A DNA stretch of 60,939 nt, counting the filler. It is 9 parts of 9 records of this genome, joined end to end, with 100 filler letters (N's around TTAATTAATTAA, not from the genome) between each part and the next. Parts side by side here need not be neighbours in the genome. Positions count along the whole stretch, not along the records: positions 5,261 to 11,992 come from SRR31156797_60542; positions 12,093 to 19,761 come from SRR31156797_60578; positions 19,862 to 29,560 come from SRR31156797_60722; 6 more parts are not named here. One strand, given 5' to 3'. The position numbers and the translations under genes were made by a program. The stretch's first letter is position 1; every line of letters begins with the position of its first letter. Positions 10,266 to 20,471 of the stretch are shown here, piece by piece. The notes below the pieces were generated by a model that made no database searches, was not told the origin of the DNA, and saw nothing but the letters and a program-made list of their open reading frames with translations.

Positions 10266-10952
10266 ATGCAAATAGCAATTATCCCGGCCCGGGGCGGAAG
10301 CAAACGGATTCCTAAAAAATCAATCCGCCCTTTTCTGGGAAAACCACTTATAGCCTATACCATTGAAGCCGCCCGCAAGAGCGGCTTCTTTGATCATATA
10401 CTGGTCAGCACTGACAGCGAAGAATTTGCCGAAGTGGCCCGTGAATACGGGGCTGAAGTACCCTTTATGCGTCCGGCGGAACTGGCCGACGACTTCACCC
10501 CCACCCAGCCGGTCATTGATCATGCTGTGAACTGGGTAAGAAACAATTGGGGCGAACCGGAACGGTACTGCCAATTCTTCGCCAATCCATTTATCACTGT
10601 GGAAAACATTCACGGCGGATACAAAGTGCTACGCGAACACCAGGCCAATTGCGTGCTGGGAGTCGCGGAGTTTCCATATCCTATCCTGCGTTCTTTTAAA
10701 AAAAATGAGCAGGGCGGGGTGGAATACGCCTTCCCGGAATACGCGCCATGCCGATCGCAGGACCTGCCCGTCTTTTTCCATGACGCAGCCCAATTTTACT
10801 GGATTGAACTGACCGACCTACCGGAAGACCGCAAGGAAGGACTCAGCGTGCCCTACTTCCTGCCCCGCTACATGGTGGTCGATATCGACACCGAAGAAGA
10901 TTGGCACATTGCCGAACGACTCTACCAAGCCTTCATGTGTGATGAAAAATAG
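10266..10952 (+). CDS. pseF: Pseudaminic acid cytidylyltransferase (PseF/NeuA-like)
   Basis: IAIIPARGGSKRIPKK, RSQDL and DIDTEEDW motifs; adjacent to a pseG-like gene. Confidence 0.8.
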   Translation: MQIAIIPARGGSKRIPKKSIRPFLGKPLIAYTIEAARKSGFFDHILVSTDSEEFAEVAREYGAEVPFMRPAELADDFTPTQPVIDHAVNWVRNNWGEPERYCQFFANPFITVENIHGGYKVLREHQANCVLGVAEFPYPILRSFKKNEQGGVEYAFPEYAPCRSQDLPVFFHDAAQFYWIELTDLPEDRKEGLSVPYFLPRYMVVDIDTEEDWHIAERLYQAFMCDEK

Positions 10953-11943
10953 CGGTCCGATTCTTTTTCTCTGCGAGGCCGGACCGCAAACCGGATTCGG
11001 CCACGCGGGCCGCTGCATGGCAATTGCCACAGCCCTGCGTGATGGATTCGGGCGAAATTCTGTTTTCGGATTCCGGGGTGCTCCGGAGGCTGAAGACAGG
11101 ATCAATGCTGCCGGATTCAAAACTATTTCTGTTGACGATTTTAATCTCTGGGAATTCGGTAACGAAGCGGCAGCAGTCTTCGACCTACGCATTAACCTTG
11201 CACCTTCATTTTTCCAGCGAGCCAAAGCAGCAGGTAAACTGCTAATCAGCATCGATGACCCCACCCCCAACCGTTTGTACACCGATCTGGCCTTTTATCC
11301 GCCCGTACCCCAATTCCATGAGCTAGACTGGGATGGATTTAGCGGAACCATCCATTGCGGCTGGGAATTCATTCCCCTGCGCAAGGAGTTCAAGCTTTCT
11401 CAAAAGCCTCGGGCAATAAATTCTGCTCCCAAAATACTGATTACCATGGGCGGCAGCGATCCCCACAATATGACCCTGAAAATACTTCAGGCACTAAAAT
11501 CAGTAGCCGGAGAGTGGAGAGCCGAAGTTGTAATCGGTCCCATGTTCAATAATCTGGACAAAATCGTCCAGATAACGGTAGAGCACGGAAAGAGAGTGAA
11601 ATTGTTGCATGATATAAAGGACATGTCCCTGCCCATGCAGCTGGCTGATGCAGCAATCGCATCTTTCGGCATGACCGCCTATGAACTGGCGGCCTGCGGA
11701 GTCCCGCAAATGCTGCTTTGTTTAAGCGAAGATCACGCCCGCTCGGCATCGGCATTGCATGCCTCAGGAGCAGCAGTTTCACTGGGAAAATATAACCGCA
11801 TTTCAGACCGGAAACTAGCCGCTGAACTGCAGAAATTTATTTCCGATCAGGATTCGTTAAAGTCCATGGCAAAAAAAGCTGCCGGGCTTGGAATCGGGCA
11901 AGGGGCGTTGAATATAGCCTCACGAATCATAAAAATGATTTGA
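10942..11943 (+). CDS. pseG: PseG/SpsG-like UDP-sugar hydrolase (GT-B fold)
   Basis: GFGHAGRC and ITMGGSDP motifs; overlaps the end of pseF. Confidence 0.75.
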   Translation: MKNSGPILFLCEAGPQTGFGHAGRCMAIATALRDGFGRNSVFGFRGAPEAEDRINAAGFKTISVDDFNLWEFGNEAAAVFDLRINLAPSFFQRAKAAGKLLISIDDPTPNRLYTDLAFYPPVPQFHELDWDGFSGTIHCGWEFIPLRKEFKLSQKPRAINSAPKILITMGGSDPHNMTLKILQALKSVAGEWRAEVVIGPMFNNLDKIVQITVEHGKRVKLLHDIKDMSLPMQLADAAIASFGMTAYELAACGVPQMLLCLSEDHARSASALHASGAAVSLGKYNRISDRKLAAELQKFISDQDSLKSMAKKAAGLGIGQGALNIASRIIKMI

Positions 11944-11950
11944 ACTAGTA

Positions 11951-11992
11951 GGGATTCCAAAAGGGATTATCCCCTTTGGCCGCCGGAGGCGA
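11951..11992. repeat. Palindromic intergenic repeat fragment at the contig end
   Basis: GGGATTCCAAAAGGGATTATCCCCTTTGGCCGCCGGAGGC containing a CCAAAAGGGA/TCCCCTTTGG hairpin; contig ends here. Confidence 0.55.
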
Positions 11993-12092
11993 NNNNNNNN
12001 NNNNNNNNNNNNNNNNNNNNNNNNNNNNNNNNNNNNTTAATTAATTAANNNNNNNNNNNNNNNNNNNNNNNNNNNNNNNNNNNNNNNNNNNN
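11993..12092. other. Artificial contig spacer
   Basis: N44-TTAATTAATTAA-N44. Confidence 0.99.
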
Positions 12093-13013
12093 CAACGGTG
12101 TACAGGATTGACCTTCCAGATCATCTTCAATGTCTAACACATGGGAGCGAAATGATTCCAACTGGAACAAGTTGTTTAGAGCCGATGCACTATCAACAGC
12201 TTGCTGCCAAGATGAGACAATATCCCGAAAATGTTCAACCACTCCCCCATCCGCGCTGTTTGTTTGTAACCATTGTATTTTGGCTTGATACGCTCGAATA
12301 GCGCTTTGTTTCAACATACGATATAGCTCAAGTTGCTGCTCATCAGAGAGTGATTTTTCCAATAGCCAACCAAAGAAAAAGCGCGTTTCAAAACGCTCTG
12401 CCATATGGAAAATGGGATCAGAAATGCCATTACTATTCAACTCTGTTTTCGGCTCAAACGGATACATATAGCCAAAATCAAACAGCCATAGCTGCTGATT
12501 GTCATCCACCAGCAAATTGCCAGAACACAAGTCCCACTCCATCAAGCCATGCTCTTCACACGCCAGTAGCGTTTCAAATAACTGATCCACTAGCTCAGGA
12601 GTTAAACATTGAATGTGCGTTCCTTCAATCCAGGGAGACAGCATGATGCCCAACCGATAATTGGCGTATATCGTCGGCACGATATGAATAAAGCGCTGTT
12701 GTGTTTGGGGATGTTGTTTTAATGCCTGCAAATCGTGACGTCTTTGCACTTCATTGAGAAACGAAAACTGACCATCAAGATTATTGACTTTAGCTTGCGC
12801 GCGACGCTTCTTGAGATTGTAATCCTTACCGTTAATCCTCAAGTGAAATACTTCTGCCGTTAAGCCTGAACGAATCACCTTAACCACATAAGGTGAATCT
12901 TCAGTAATAGAGATCAATTCTTGAAGTGGAACCGGGCAATTCTCTTCTTTCCCAACAATAAGGTTCTCACCACTTGAATCGAACTGTTGTTGTGTTTGTT
13001 GTCTTGAGTTCAT
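12093..13013 (-). CDS. Protein-kinase-like phosphotransferase (3' truncated)
   Basis: RSGLTAEVF loop, LKK lysine, WDLCSGNLL catalytic loop and LFDFG motif. Confidence 0.75.
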
Positions 13014-13143
13014 AATGTTCTCTTTCTTTTTGTTTCACTCCCTCAATAAAACGCCGAATTGATGAAAAATACATCATACCTTCAGGCAATAATTGAGGAT
13101 GAGAAGCAAAGAGTAAATTGAACACAGCAGTATGAATGTACCG

Positions 13144-13911
13144 TTAGCACACCACACACATAGGCGTATTTGCGATAGGATCTGAATAAATTTCCGCTTC
13201 TAACTCAAAGACTTTAGCCAACAATTCAGAAGTAAGCACTTCGCTTGGAGTCCCTTCACTTACAACCTTCCCTGACTGCATAACAATCAAATGATCACAG
13301 TAACGACACGCCTGATTAATATCATGCAAAACCGTCACTATAGTTTTGCCTTGCTGATTAAGCTGACGCAACATTTTCATCAATTCTACCTGATGATTTA
13401 TATCCAAATACGTAGTCGGTTCATCAAGCAATATGTAGTCGGTATCTTGTGCCAGAGTCATTGCAAGCCACACCCTTTGCCTTTGTCCGCCTGACAGACT
13501 GGTTACTGGCTGATCGGAAAGTTCTTCAATACCTGTTGCCTGCATTGCCTGCTTCACAATTAACTTGTCTTGCGCAGACAACTGCCCCCAAAAACCCGTA
13601 TAGGGGCTGCGACCATAAGAAACCGCATCTATAACACTTACCCCTTCAGGTGGCTCTTGAGATTGAGGCAATAAAGCCAGTTGCTGGGCAAGATCTTTAG
13701 AACCCACACTTTCTATTGGCTTTTCATTCCACAGTACAGAGCCTTTTTCTGCTTTTAAGATCCGCGACAATGCTTTGAGCAACGTCGATTTTCCGCACCC
13801 ATTTGGCCCCAGCAGAGCGGTAATTTTTCCTTTCGGAATAACAATATCAACGCCCTTAACAATAGACGACTTTCCATACCCTACGAATAGATTGTCTGTA
13901 GCTAACTTCAT
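13144..13911 (-). CDS. fecE: Fe-siderophore/dicitrate ABC transporter ATPase
   Basis: GPNGCGKST, LSGGQRQR, LLDEPT motifs; operon context. Confidence 0.85.
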   Translation of the reverse strand: MKLATDNLFVGYGKSSIVKGVDIVIPKGKITALLGPNGCGKSTLLKALSRILKAEKGSVLWNEKPIESVGSKDLAQQLALLPQSQEPPEGVSVIDAVSYGRSPYTGFWGQLSAQDKLIVKQAMQATGIEELSDQPVTSLSGGQRQRVWLAMTLAQDTDYILLDEPTTYLDINHQVELMKMLRQLNQQGKTIVTVLHDINQACRYCDHLIVMQSGKVVSEGTPSEVLTSELLAKVFELEAEIYSDPIANTPMCVVC

Positions 13912-13914
13912 CTT

Positions 13915-14877
13915 TTATCTCATTTTAATTAATAGGTATAGGAAATACGGAGCACCGATAATCGCTGTCAGAATTCCAGCAGGAAGCTCTATAGGAGGGT
14001 CTATGGTTCGTGCAACTAGATCTGCGACCAATAGGAGTAGAGCTCCAATTAACATCGCTGTCGGCAATAAAATCTGGTGTTTTCCACCAACGAGCTGACG
14101 TGCTAAATGTGGCGCTACGAGGCCTAAAAAGCTGATAGGTCCACAAACAGCAACTGCTGCCGAAGTCCACACGACCGCAATGAATAATGCACTGACGCGA
14201 ACCCATGGCACAGATATTCCAAGATTCGTTGCTCGTTCATCACCCAGAGTTAACAGATTCAACGCATTGCTCAGCCATAAAACGACAGGTAACAGAATCC
14301 ACCACGGCCAAAGCATAGCTAACTGATCCCAGCTTCTGCCCCAAAGACTCCCAGTAAGCCAGAGCAAAGCATTATTTATTTCTAGAGGTTGAGTCAAAAT
14401 CAGAAAATCAATTGCGCTGCTATATAGCGCAGCTAAAGCCACTCCCGTAATAGCCATACGGACGGGTGCTGTGTTGACACCACAAACAAACGCCAAAACA
14501 AATGCTGATGCAATACCACCCGTTAAAGCAGCAGGAGGAAGCCAATACACAGAAACCGTTGGGAAAAGTGTCATTAGCACCACGGCAGCTAATCCCGCTC
14601 CGTGGCTCACTCCAAGAATATCTGGCGATGCCAGAGGGTTTCGAATTACACCTTGAATTAACACACCTGAACTTGCCAACATAGCCCCGACTAACAATGC
14701 AATAAGGATGCGGGGGAAACGGTATTCATGAACCGTAAAATAGTGTTCACCACCTTTGAAAAGCCCAGCCCAAACCTGATTCGGAGTGAGAACGACTGCG
14801 CCATAGTTTAGGTTGGCGACAATACTGATGAGCAGTAAGCCGATTAAAATATACTGAGTACGCATAAAATTCGTCAT
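13915..14877 (-). CDS. fecD: FecCD family permease
   Basis: RNPLASPDILGVS and LGDERATNLG motifs. Confidence 0.85.
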   Translation of the reverse strand: MTNFMRTQYILIGLLLISIVANLNYGAVVLTPNQVWAGLFKGGEHYFTVHEYRFPRILIALLVGAMLASSGVLIQGVIRNPLASPDILGVSHGAGLAAVVLMTLFPTVSVYWLPPAALTGGIASAFVLAFVCGVNTAPVRMAITGVALAALYSSAIDFLILTQPLEINNALLWLTGSLWGRSWDQLAMLWPWWILLPVVLWLSNALNLLTLGDERATNLGISVPWVRVSALFIAVVWTSAAVAVCGPISFLGLVAPHLARQLVGGKHQILLPTAMLIGALLLLVADLVARTIDPPIELPAGILTAIIGAPYFLYLLIKMR

Positions 14878-15872
14878 GATTTACGCCTCACTAAATAGAT
14901 AAAGCAAGGTGCCCCCAAAATTGCTAATACCGCACCTGCGGGAGTTTCGGTAGGAAAGACCACTGCCCGGCTAACAACATCTGCACTAATGGTTAAAATC
15001 GCTCCAATCAACATGCTGACAGGGATAAGAATCCGATGATCGTACCCAACGATTAACCGTCCAACATGAGGAACAATTAACCCAACAAATGCGATCGCAC
15101 CTACCGTACTCACACTAATACCAACCAAGACCAATACCGCCAAACCAATGAGGATACGTAAAGTGGTTAAGTTCACACCTAAACTTTTAACCCGCTCATC
15201 ACCCATAGTTAGCACATTAATTTTGGGTGCTAATAACAAACTCAATATCAACGCAGAAACTAACCCGGGCCAGCTCCAGTGCCAGGTTTCCCATCGAACA
15301 TTGGCAAACGACCCAGCCAGCCATGCCATAACACTTGCAGCTTGATCCTCAACCAGAATGACACTGGCTTTCGTCAAAGCTCCGCACAACGCAGAAATTG
15401 CAATTCCGGCTAAAACGAGCTGGCCTCTTTCTGAACCCATTCTCCACGCTCCCCCCAGAATCATGACCAATCCCCAGGCAATCAGACCACCAATACAGGC
15501 AGCAATTGGTATGGATAATGTCGATGAAGACGCAAACACGGTAGTCACCAATGCCATCCCCAAAGCCGCCCCTGCATTCACGCCGAATAAACTTGGTGAA
15601 GCCAAAGGGTTTCGGGTCAGCCCCTGCATCAAAGTACCCGCAGAGGCCAAGCTAGATCCCACCAATGCCGCTTCTAACACTCGAGGTAAACGAATATCCT
15701 GAACGATAATGTGCGCAATGTTGTCGGATTCCGGTGACCACAATCCGGTGAAAGCATCCATAGCAGAAACAGGTACTGCCGAGTATGAAAACAACCCCAA
15801 CCAACCTGTAAGCACTAAGATCACAAAGAGCGTGCATAGCACGCCCAGTGTTTTAAAACTCGTAAATGGCAT
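14874..15872 (-). CDS. fecC: FecCD family permease
   Basis: RLPR, TRNPLASPSLFGVNAGA motifs; ATGA overlap with the next gene. Confidence 0.85.
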   Translation of the reverse strand: MPFTSFKTLGVLCTLFVILVLTGWLGLFSYSAVPVSAMDAFTGLWSPESDNIAHIIVQDIRLPRVLEAALVGSSLASAGTLMQGLTRNPLASPSLFGVNAGAALGMALVTTVFASSSTLSIPIAACIGGLIAWGLVMILGGAWRMGSERGQLVLAGIAISALCGALTKASVILVEDQAASVMAWLAGSFANVRWETWHWSWPGLVSALILSLLLAPKINVLTMGDERVKSLGVNLTTLRILIGLAVLVLVGISVSTVGAIAFVGLIVPHVGRLIVGYDHRILIPVSMLIGAILTISADVVSRAVVFPTETPAGAVLAILGAPCFIYLVRRKS

Positions 15873-16771
15873 CAGGATTTGGCCAGTTTGATGAGGTCTT
15901 CAGCCATGTATTCTGCAGCAAGTATACCGCGACACCTTGCCCACATGTTTCCGTCCACATGATAGACCTGCTGTTGCTGTACCGACTTCAATACATTCCA
16001 TAACGGTTGCTTTTGCCACTGCTGTACGATGGTGTTTTTGGTGTAATCCCCAACAACCAAGTAGTTTGGATTTAAAGCCAGTAATTGTTCAAGACTGATT
16101 TGGCGCGATGCGTTTTCGTTTTCCAATCCAGCGGGAGAACTCAAACCTAAAGAGTGAATAACTCCACCAGCATAAGAATCGGACGAGTGAGCATAGAATC
16201 CATTTTCACGGGCAACACCAAACTGAACGGTTTGGCCACTCAGACTTTTCAACTTATTCGCATATTGCTGCATAAGTTTGTGATGCTTTTCCAGTCTTTG
16301 TTGCATCTGCACATCTTTGCCAATCACCTTGCCAATAATCGCCGCTGATTTCAGGTTGTCCTGATAAGTTTCACGGCGAGATGGCAATAGAAGTGTCGGA
16401 GCGATCTTCGATAAGTCGTTATAAACCGCAGAATGGCGATCCACATCGGCAATAATCAGGTCAGGCTTCAAAGATGCGATAACCTCTAAGCTCGGCTGAG
16501 AGCGTGTACCTACTGATTTCCAATCACCCAGCTTTTTGCTTACTGCTGGTAACAATCGGCTTGGGTCGTTATCGTCCGCAATTCCTACAGGGCTAACATC
16601 CACAGCAGCCAAAGCATCAACAAAAGAGAACTCCAGTGCCACAATGCGTTTTGGTTCAGTGTTTAGGGTAAATTCACCACGGCTATCGGTAACTGTGACC
16701 GCTGATGAAAACGCACTAAAGAAACAGCTAATGACTACTAAGCTGCGTAAAAGCCAAGAAAATTTACTCAT
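15872..16771 (-). CDS. fecB: Periplasmic Fe-siderophore/dicitrate-binding protein
   Basis: Signal peptide, PKRIVALEFSF, VGTRSQPSLE motifs. Confidence 0.85.
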   Translation of the reverse strand: MSKFSWLLRSLVVISCFFSAFSSAVTVTDSRGEFTLNTEPKRIVALEFSFVDALAAVDVSPVGIADDNDPSRLLPAVSKKLGDWKSVGTRSQPSLEVIASLKPDLIIADVDRHSAVYNDLSKIAPTLLLPSRRETYQDNLKSAAIIGKVIGKDVQMQQRLEKHHKLMQQYANKLKSLSGQTVQFGVARENGFYAHSSDSYAGGVIHSLGLSSPAGLENENASRQISLEQLLALNPNYLVVGDYTKNTIVQQWQKQPLWNVLKSVQQQQVYHVDGNMWARCRGILAAEYMAEDLIKLAKS

Positions 16772-16815
16772 GATTATTTCCTATTTCATCTTTTGATGAT
16801 TAAAAAGCTCAAAAA

Positions 16816-18912
16816 CTAAAATTCGTAATTTGCAGTCAGATAAATACGACGCTGCTCACCTGGGAAATGACCCGTGCGATTGATAAAGCCGCTAACGGCA
16901 TACTCTTTATCAAACAGGTTCTTCACATTTAACTGGAACAGCCACTGCTGCCAATGTGTCTGCCACGACGCATCAAACACGGTGTAAGCCTTGACGATTT
17001 GTCCCCCCTGATTGAACTGCTCACTTACATGGTCTGCACCAAAACCCACTGAAGAATTAAGGGCTGAAATATCGTAGCGAGTCCATAGACCTAGTTGATG
17101 ATGAGGAGCGTTCGCGAAACGCGTACCGACACTGCTGCTGATACCGTCATAAGCTTGTTTAACTCGGGTGTCGTTATAGGCGTAGCTTAGGTTTGCCGTC
17201 CAGTTTTCGGTTAAGTCAGCCAACATATCCACTTCAATACCCTGACTACGAACTTTCCCGAATGAGACGGAGCGGTCACTGTCATCTGGATCTTGTTGAA
17301 GTATGTTTTTCTTGATTGTGTGGTACAGAGCCAAGTTAACGTTCAATGCATTATCAAACCAATAGGTACGAACACCCGCTTCGTACATCAGGCTTTCTTC
17401 TGGCTCAAACGGGCCACCATTTGAAGTTGCTTGATCTTCCGCGTCCTGAGGAACAAAGCCCGTTGCGACAACAGCGTAAGGATGAAGATTAGCGTTGATT
17501 TCATAAGTAGAACCAACACGATATGACATACCAGTTCCCTGATATTCACTGACTTCAGAGCCGACGAGATCATTTACTTCATCTTTGTAACCATCAAGAC
17601 GAACACCAGTTAATAGGTTCCAACGTTGAGTAATGTCCCATTGGTCCTGAACATAGGCTCCGTAGCGATCGGAGGTCGTTTCAGTTTGTTTCGCTAACGA
17701 AAGCGTGTAGCCAGAGGAATCACTACCGTACTCAGGATCTGTTAGGCTGATATTACTCGCAGTCGCTTTGTAATAAACATAATCAGAATCGAGATGGTAA
17801 TAATCACCACCGAACAATAACGTATGGTCTCCCAACTCAGCGACTAAGTTAGTGGCTAACGTACCCGCTTTGTTATTCCTAACCTGATCGCGGAATTGAC
17901 GTTTGCTGGTGTCATATACACCATCTCCGTCAGTATCCAGTAAGCCGCTCGGTTCATGGTATTTTTGTGCTTCCGTATTCTCATAATAACGTACGGTGAA
18001 GTCACCACTTAGCCAGGCATTAAAGCCATGTTCTGCTTTGATTTGATAAACTTGCGCTTCCAAATCCTGATAATCTGACGCTTCATTAGCATTCCAGTTA
18101 ATGTCAGCGAGAAAGTTGCCGTCATCATCAGCAGGAATGCCACGTAATCGTGCACCACCATAGTGTTGAATAATATCAGTAAACTGTGTGGTTACTGTGG
18201 TCGCATCACCGATATCCCAGGCGTAGCCAAGATCAACGATGCGATTTCTTACGTCTGTGTTATTACGGGACGGGTTTTCATGATCCTGATATACCGCAAC
18301 ACGATAACGTTGGGTTTCATCTTCATTAGCAGGACTTGAAAGCTCGATTCCACCGCTGACAAAATCTTGGTTGCCCGCCGTTACCGAAATACGACGGTGT
18401 GACTCATAAGTTGGCTTTTTCGTTACATAGTTAATCACGCCCCCCGGCTCTCCGCTTCCCATAACCGCCGAAGACGGCCCTTTTAAAACTTCAACCTGTT
18501 CGATATTGAAAAGTTGTGGAATTGCGAAGCCATTAAACGGGTCACCTCGCACACCGTCATACAATATTTCATCCTGACGGAAACCACGGAATGTCACTCC
18601 AGAATATGAATATTGACTAACGCCGCTAATTGAACGGTATAAATCCGTGACTTGACGTGCGCCCTGATCTTCAATCAGTTGTTGAGGTAAAACCTGAATC
18701 GACTGAGGGGTGTCGTCAATTGCAGTTGGTGTTTTGGTAGCTAAGCTCGTTTCCTGAGCACGATACAAAGAAAGCGCACGCCCATAGATTGTTACGGTTT
18801 CTTCTTCTGAAGTGGTTGGTATTTGAGGTACATCATCCGCAGAATAGGCAGGGGGACTTAAGCCCGCTAAAACGGCTAAGAATAGGCGTGAATGTTGAAT
18901 TTGCATCTTCAT
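16816..18912 (-). CDS. TonB-dependent siderophore receptor
   Basis: Signal peptide, ETVTIYG TonB-box-like segment, VEVLKGP plug motif, NVKNLFDKEY and terminal YEF. Confidence 0.92.
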   Translation of the reverse strand: MKMQIQHSRLFLAVLAGLSPPAYSADDVPQIPTTSEEETVTIYGRALSLYRAQETSLATKTPTAIDDTPQSIQVLPQQLIEDQGARQVTDLYRSISGVSQYSYSGVTFRGFRQDEILYDGVRGDPFNGFAIPQLFNIEQVEVLKGPSSAVMGSGEPGGVINYVTKKPTYESHRRISVTAGNQDFVSGGIELSSPANEDETQRYRVAVYQDHENPSRNNTDVRNRIVDLGYAWDIGDATTVTTQFTDIIQHYGGARLRGIPADDDGNFLADINWNANEASDYQDLEAQVYQIKAEHGFNAWLSGDFTVRYYENTEAQKYHEPSGLLDTDGDGVYDTSKRQFRDQVRNNKAGTLATNLVAELGDHTLLFGGDYYHLDSDYVYYKATASNISLTDPEYGSDSSGYTLSLAKQTETTSDRYGAYVQDQWDITQRWNLLTGVRLDGYKDEVNDLVGSEVSEYQGTGMSYRVGSTYEINANLHPYAVVATGFVPQDAEDQATSNGGPFEPEESLMYEAGVRTYWFDNALNVNLALYHTIKKNILQQDPDDSDRSVSFGKVRSQGIEVDMLADLTENWTANLSYAYNDTRVKQAYDGISSSVGTRFANAPHHQLGLWTRYDISALNSSVGFGADHVSEQFNQGGQIVKAYTVFDASWQTHWQQWLFQLNVKNLFDKEYAVSGFINRTGHFPGEQRRIYLTANYEF

Positions 18913-18962
18913 GAAGACTACTTTTTACTTATGATTTGTGATGAAGGTCATAGAATCTAACT

Positions 18963-18981
18963 GAGTTTGATTCTCATTACA
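18963..18981 (-). promoter_or_regulatory. Putative Fur box
   Basis: TGTAATGAGAATCAAACTC, 13/19 match to GATAATGATAATCATTATC, about 50 nt upstream of the receptor start. Confidence 0.6.
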
Positions 18982-19119
18982 AATACAAGCCGCTGGATAA
19001 ATAGTTATTAGTTATACTTTTATCGCCTAATGACCAAGATTTATCTTCCTTCTTGAATACTCTTCCCATTTTATGAAAAGCGTGATTAGATCAAGGCTGG
19101 TCTACAACGAGAAAACTTC

Positions 19120-19731
19120 ATGAAAATCATTATTCTTCATGGGCTATACATGCATGGAATCGCGATGTTGCCCCTAAGTCAGCGGATGGAGAAAATGGGC
19201 TACCAAACTGAAGTCATCAGTTACAACACAGTCTCGATAGATGAACACAAAGTCTTTCCTGCCATCGATAAAGCACTCGATCCCAATCAGATCAATGTGT
19301 TGGTTGGACATAGCTTAGGTGGGGTTGTCATCAAACGCTATCTTGCCTCGAGAAAACCCGATTCGACGATGATTTCGCATGTCGTTGCAATAGGCTCTCC
19401 CATAAATGGCGCTTCTATCGTCGGTAAAATCCAGCAAATGGGCTTGGGGGTTATCTTAGGTAACTCTGCCGAGTTTGGGCTGAATAAACATAATGACACC
19501 TGGGCTTTTCCGCAAAAATTGGGCAGTTTAGCTGGAACGATTCCTGTTGGGGTTCGCTCAATATTGATGGGGAGAGGAACGCACTCAGACGGTACCGTGA
19601 CCGTTGATGAGACAAAAATTTCAGGCATGACCGATCACCAAAAGGTGAGAAATACGCATACGAGTATGATCTACAGCTCGAGCGTTGCTGAGCAAATCGA
19701 CCACTTTATTCGTTTCGATCGGTTTTCATAA
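19120..19731 (+). CDS. Small alpha/beta hydrolase (esterase/lipase-like)
   Basis: LHGLYM, GHSLGG, SDGTV and HTSM motifs. Confidence 0.85.
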   Translation: MKIIILHGLYMHGIAMLPLSQRMEKMGYQTEVISYNTVSIDEHKVFPAIDKALDPNQINVLVGHSLGGVVIKRYLASRKPDSTMISHVVAIGSPINGASIVGKIQQMGLGVILGNSAEFGLNKHNDTWAFPQKLGSLAGTIPVGVRSILMGRGTHSDGTVTVDETKISGMTDHQKVRNTHTSMIYSSSVAEQIDHFIRFDRFS

Positions 19732-19732
19732 T

Positions 19733-19761
19733 TAGGGTCTGTTGACCTTTTGAGGTTAAAT
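19733..19761. mobile_element. Possible terminus of an IS/MITE-like repeat at the contig end
   Basis: TAGGGTCTGTTGACCTTT directly after a stop codon and at a contig break; resembles IS5-type termini from memory. Confidence 0.4.
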
Positions 19762-19861
19762 NNNNNNNNNNNNNNNNNNNNNNNNNNNNNNNNNNNNNNN
19801 NNNNNTTAATTAATTAANNNNNNNNNNNNNNNNNNNNNNNNNNNNNNNNNNNNNNNNNNNN
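19762..19861. other. Artificial contig spacer
   Basis: N44-TTAATTAATTAA-N44. Confidence 0.99.
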
Positions 19862-20362
19862 CTGAGCGTGGAGCCCGAGCTGATCGTCTGCGACGAGGCG
19901 GTCTCCGCCCTGGACGTGTCCATACAGGCCCAGGTGCTGAAGCTGCTGCAGAAGCTGAAGGACGAGAGGAAGCTGACCTATATCTTCATCACCCATGACC
20001 TGAGCGTGGTGGAGTACATCAGCGACCGGATCGCGGTGATGTATCTGGGAAGGATCGTGGAGCTGGCCCGTTCCGAGGAGCTCTACTCCCACACCCTCCA
20101 TCCCTATACGAAGGCCCTGCTTTCGGCCATCCCCGTGGCGGACCTGGACCGGAAGAAGGACAGGATCGTGCTGGAGGGGGACGTGCCCAGTCCGGTGAAT
20201 CCCCCCTCGGGCTGTCCCTTCCACCCCCGCTGTCCCCAGTGTCAGGACATCTGCAGGAAGGAGGTTCCCGTTCTGAAAAAGTACAGGGTCAACGGCAGGG
20301 ATCACTTCGCCTCCTGCCACTTCGTGGACGCTCCCCAGGCCGAAGAGCCTTCGGCTGAGTAA
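19862..20362 (+). CDS. Oligopeptide/dipeptide ABC ATPase, C-terminal part (5' truncated)
   Basis: [38 protein letters not shown] motifs. Confidence 0.92.
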   Translation: MSVEPELIVCDEAVSALDVSIQAQVLKLLQKLKDERKLTYIFITHDLSVVEYISDRIAVMYLGRIVELARSEELYSHTLHPYTKALLSAIPVADLDRKKDRIVLEGDVPSPVNPPSGCPFHPRCPQCQDICRKEVPVLKKYRVNGRDHFASCHFVDAPQAEEPSAE

Positions 20363-20376
20363 AAGAACTCCTTTGT

Positions 20377-20437
20377 GTTCCTCCTCCCGGGTGCTGCATC
20401 CCATTTCCCTGCAGCGGACCGGAGGAGGGACTTTTTT
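20377..20437 (+). terminator. Intrinsic terminator
   Basis: GTTCCTCCTCC...GGAGGAGGGAC stem followed by T6. Confidence 0.65.
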
Positions 20438-20471
20438 ATAAATCAGAAAGGTATGTAATAAGGTTATTTCA

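Noticed and set aside
19120-19731. Esterase as a siderophore-hydrolysing partner
   Set aside because: Divergently transcribed and no resemblance to Fes or IroE; adjacency alone is insufficient
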